A program made the translations under genes and the position numbers. The notes below the pieces were generated by a model. The model did not search any database, was not told where the DNA came from, and saw only the letters and a program-made list of their open reading frames with translations. Below are positions 37,552 to 40,009 of a stretch of 40,009 bases of DNA, one piece after another. Position 1 is the stretch's first letter. Every line of letters starts with the position of its first letter. The DNA is taken from the sequence record SRR20825006_2978; one strand, 5' to 3'.

Positions 37552-38904
37552 ATGATTTCTCGACCCATGCGCGCGCTCCAGAAAACCAGAGGCCACAAAC
37601 GCTACCTGCTGATACTCGGGCTGTGGGCTGTCATCCTGTTTTCCGTCTCTGCCTGCCAGAAAGACTCCGGGGACAAGCCGGAGGCCAGGGATACTTCTGA
37701 TTCTTCTGCGACAACCTCGGCGACAGCGACCACGGACACGACGGCAGGGAACGCTGACGCCAACGATCTGAACAACCTCGACTGTCCCGCCGGGACGTTG
37801 CCAAACTTCAACACGCGCCAGTGTGATGTCTGTGGTGGCTCCAAACGTTGCGAGGCCGCGCTGGCCGATTGCAAGGAAGAGGGGAACTTCTGCCTGGATG
37901 AAGGTCTGGTGTTCGCCAAAAACGCCAACGGTCTGGTCGATGACCTGGTGCGCGCTTCCGGGCTGTTTCGCGCCGCGTGTGAGAAAGGAAACCTGAAGGC
38001 GTGCAATAACCTCGGCGTTCACCTCGAGCGCGGGCTGGGCGTCGCCAAGGATCTGGAGGCTGCGCTCGAGCACTACAAGAAGAGCTGCACCGAGGATGCG
38101 CGTGATGGTTGCGTGAACCTCGCCGCGCTGCTCGAGAAGCGCGGCCAACTCGCCAGCGCCCATCAAATCTACGAGCAGGAGTGTAAGAGCGACGTTCCTC
38201 CCGCCTGCTATAACCTCGCGATCTCACTCGAGCGCTCGCCGCCCGGCATCAGAGATCTCGAGCGCGCCAAAACACTCTACGAGAAGGCGTGCGAGTTAAA
38301 GCACCCTGGTGCCTGCAACAACCTCGGCGCGATGCTCGCGAGGTTGGGTGGGATCGAAAAGAACAAGGAGATGATCGTTGCCGCCAGAGCCTCCTATCAG
38401 AAGGGGTGCGAGCTCGGTCAACCTGCGGCATGTCGTAACCTCGGGGCGATGGCCGAGAAGGGGGAGGGCGGTCCTCGTGATTTGAGCACCGCGCGTGGTT
38501 CCTATGATTCTGCCTGCCGCGCAGGGGATATCAACGCCTGCGCGCGCTTCGCGCTCTTCGACGCGCGCGGTCTGGCCGGAGAGGTCAACATCGAGCGCGC
38601 CGTCAAGCTCTCGATGTTGGCGTGCTCCAACGCCGAGATGCTCGGCTGCACGACCCTCGGATCGCTCGAGCAGCAGGGAAAGACGGAGGCCAAGGCGGGA
38701 TTGTTCGCCGCCAGGAAGGAGCTCGTGCGGCGCTGCGAGGCAAAGCGCGCGGAAGCGTGTGATGCGCTCGGCGCGCTCTCTCAACGTGGCATCGGGCAGG
38801 AACGCGATATCGCAGGTGCTTTCGACTACTACCGCAAGGCGTGTGACTACGGCTCCAGGTTGGCGTGCGCTCGGCTCGAGAAGATGCCCGGCAACAAGAA
38901 GTGA
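37552..38904 (+). CDS. Sel1-like repeat (Cys-rich, Hcp-type) lipoprotein
   Basis: Repeated ACxxGxxxACxNLG...G.G...D...A..Y units; hydrophobic segment ending VSAC; start uncertain (37552 has AGGAAGG upstream). Confidence 0.9.
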   Translation: MISRPMRALQKTRGHKRYLLILGLWAVILFSVSACQKDSGDKPEARDTSDSSATTSATATTDTTAGNADANDLNNLDCPAGTLPNFNTRQCDVCGGSKRCEAALADCKEEGNFCLDEGLVFAKNANGLVDDLVRASGLFRAACEKGNLKACNNLGVHLERGLGVAKDLEAALEHYKKSCTEDARDGCVNLAALLEKRGQLASAHQIYEQECKSDVPPACYNLAISLERSPPGIRDLERAKTLYEKACELKHPGACNNLGAMLARLGGIEKNKEMIVAARASYQKGCELGQPAACRNLGAMAEKGEGGPRDLSTARGSYDSACRAGDINACARFALFDARGLAGEVNIERAVKLSMLACSNAEMLGCTTLGSLEQQGKTEAKAGLFAARKELVRRCEAKRAEACDALGALSQRGIGQERDIAGAFDYYRKACDYGSRLACARLEKMPGNKK

Positions 38905-38907
38905 TCC

Positions 38908-39783
38908 TCACTCGGGGAGGTCGACCCCGATATCGAACCGCTCGACGCCTTCGATATGCGGTTCGAGCGATGGCGCATTACCAGGCCCTTCCGGGCGCTG
39001 CCATTTGGACCGCTCTCCTTTCTTCCATACCGTGCTCCGTTGCAGGCGCTCCGCTTCATGCTGGAACGTCACGCGATCGACGAGGCCGTTTTCGTTGGCG
39101 ATCAGGATCGACCACGTGCGCTCCCTCGAGAGGCTGTCGGGGAAGCCACGGAGGTCGTGGTGGAGCTCCTCGAGCCTTTCTCTCCAAGAGGGGGCTTGTT
39201 GACGAGGGATATGGCGCCAATCGCGCGCTTCGTACTCGTAGTGGAGGAAGAAGAAATCCCTGATGTGATTTGGGATGCTGTGCGTCGGGCAGCTGGCGTC
39301 ATGCCCGTCGTCGTATTTGACAAACGTGGTCAAGGAATTGCGGCTGCAACCTACCCAGACATTTTCCGAGAGTCGGTACCACGAGATCTTATCCGAGGAG
39401 CACTCGACAAAGGTGGTGCCATGCTCCAGGAAGGGTTTCGAGAACCCGATCCAGACACGCTCGGGAGTGTGATTCGAGGTGGTCCTGTCGCGCGTCTTTT
39501 GGCTCCTCTCGAACCAATCCTCCAATCCGTACCTTTTTCCGCTGCGCGCGTTCGTTTGACCGCTCCAATTTATTCGGAGCGCCGTGAGGTCCTCGTTGGA
39601 GAGCCATTCCAGCGCGCGAGCATTCAGAGGGATACGTTCCTCCTCGCCCATCCAACGGACCTCCCCGAGCGTTGCGCGATCTTGTCTGGAGCGTAGACCG
39701 AGCGCCAGAGCCGCAAAACAAAGCATCGACAAGCCCAGGCCAATTATCGCCCTGTTCGCCTGTTTTCGGAGTCCGTAGAGCAT
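38908..39783 (-). CDS. Hypothetical protein with N-terminal membrane anchor
   Basis: Long ORF converging on the Sel1 gene; probable start MLYGLRK with GAGG upstream and hydrophobic AIIGLGLSMLCFAALALGL; no family recognised. Confidence 0.55.
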   Translation of the reverse strand: MLYGLRKQANRAIIGLGLSMLCFAALALGLRSRQDRATLGEVRWMGEEERIPLNARALEWLSNEDLTALRINWSGQTNARSGKRYGLEDWFERSQKTRDRTTSNHTPERVWIGFSKPFLEHGTTFVECSSDKISWYRLSENVWVGCSRNSLTTFVKYDDGHDASCPTHSIPNHIRDFFFLHYEYEARDWRHIPRQQAPSWRERLEELHHDLRGFPDSLSRERTWSILIANENGLVDRVTFQHEAERLQRSTVWKKGERSKWQRPEGPGNAPSLEPHIEGVERFDIGVDLPE

Positions 39784-40009
39784 GGCCTGGCCTCGTGATA
39801 GTCGATGTGCTTTTACCGCCAGAACCAGTGTATGCGACCTGCGCGGTTTCGGAAACTCGCGCTTCGATTCAGGTGGGGTGTTTTGCGAGGGCGCTTCGAG
39901 AGATGCAGTGAGTGATGCAAGGCACGTCCTCCTCACGCTTCGCGTTCGGCCGGGCCGCCGCGTCTGAACGACGCGACCTCCCCCGGAGGTGGGCTTCTTG
40001 TTGCAGGTT

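Noticed and set aside
38956-39696. 246-aa plus-strand ORF opposite the last hypothetical gene
   Set aside because: The minus-strand ORF has the more plausible start, membrane anchor and composition; choice remains somewhat uncertain.

Overview
GC-rich bacterial chromosomal segment whose gene content suggests a predatory deltaproteobacterium (Bradymonadales/Myxococcota-like; inference from eukaryote-like kinases, Asp-Met-rich lipoproteins and the ccsA-hemA pairing). In order: 3' part of groEL; two tandem membrane Ser/Thr kinases; a parvulin PPIase lipoprotein with a His-rich tail; a third, convergent Ser/Thr kinase; pspA/IM30; a ~530-bp divergent intergenic region with long hairpins; an XPB/Rad25-type helicase overlapping a DUF790/Bax1-type nuclease; an exported TPR-like protein; a minus-strand heme cluster (ccsA-like, hemA, hemC, hemD, hemE, hemY, hemH, hemL); LRR protein, Nit1-like amidase, membrane sulfatase-like protein, Ig-like lipoprotein; a hypothetical protein; the rimP-nusA-ylxR/L7Ae-infB operon; a Sel1-repeat lipoprotein and a final hypothetical gene. 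I saw no rRNA, tRNA, CRISPR array or mobile element. Best leads: (1) three kinases sharing an unrecognised 3-TM '...WF' C-terminal domain among chaperone/envelope-stress genes, (2) a candidate structured RNA directly upstream of pspA, (3) the archaeal-type XPB-Bax1 pair, (4) several long near-perfect palindromes and structured leaders. All calls are by eye from motifs; no searches or folding programs were run.
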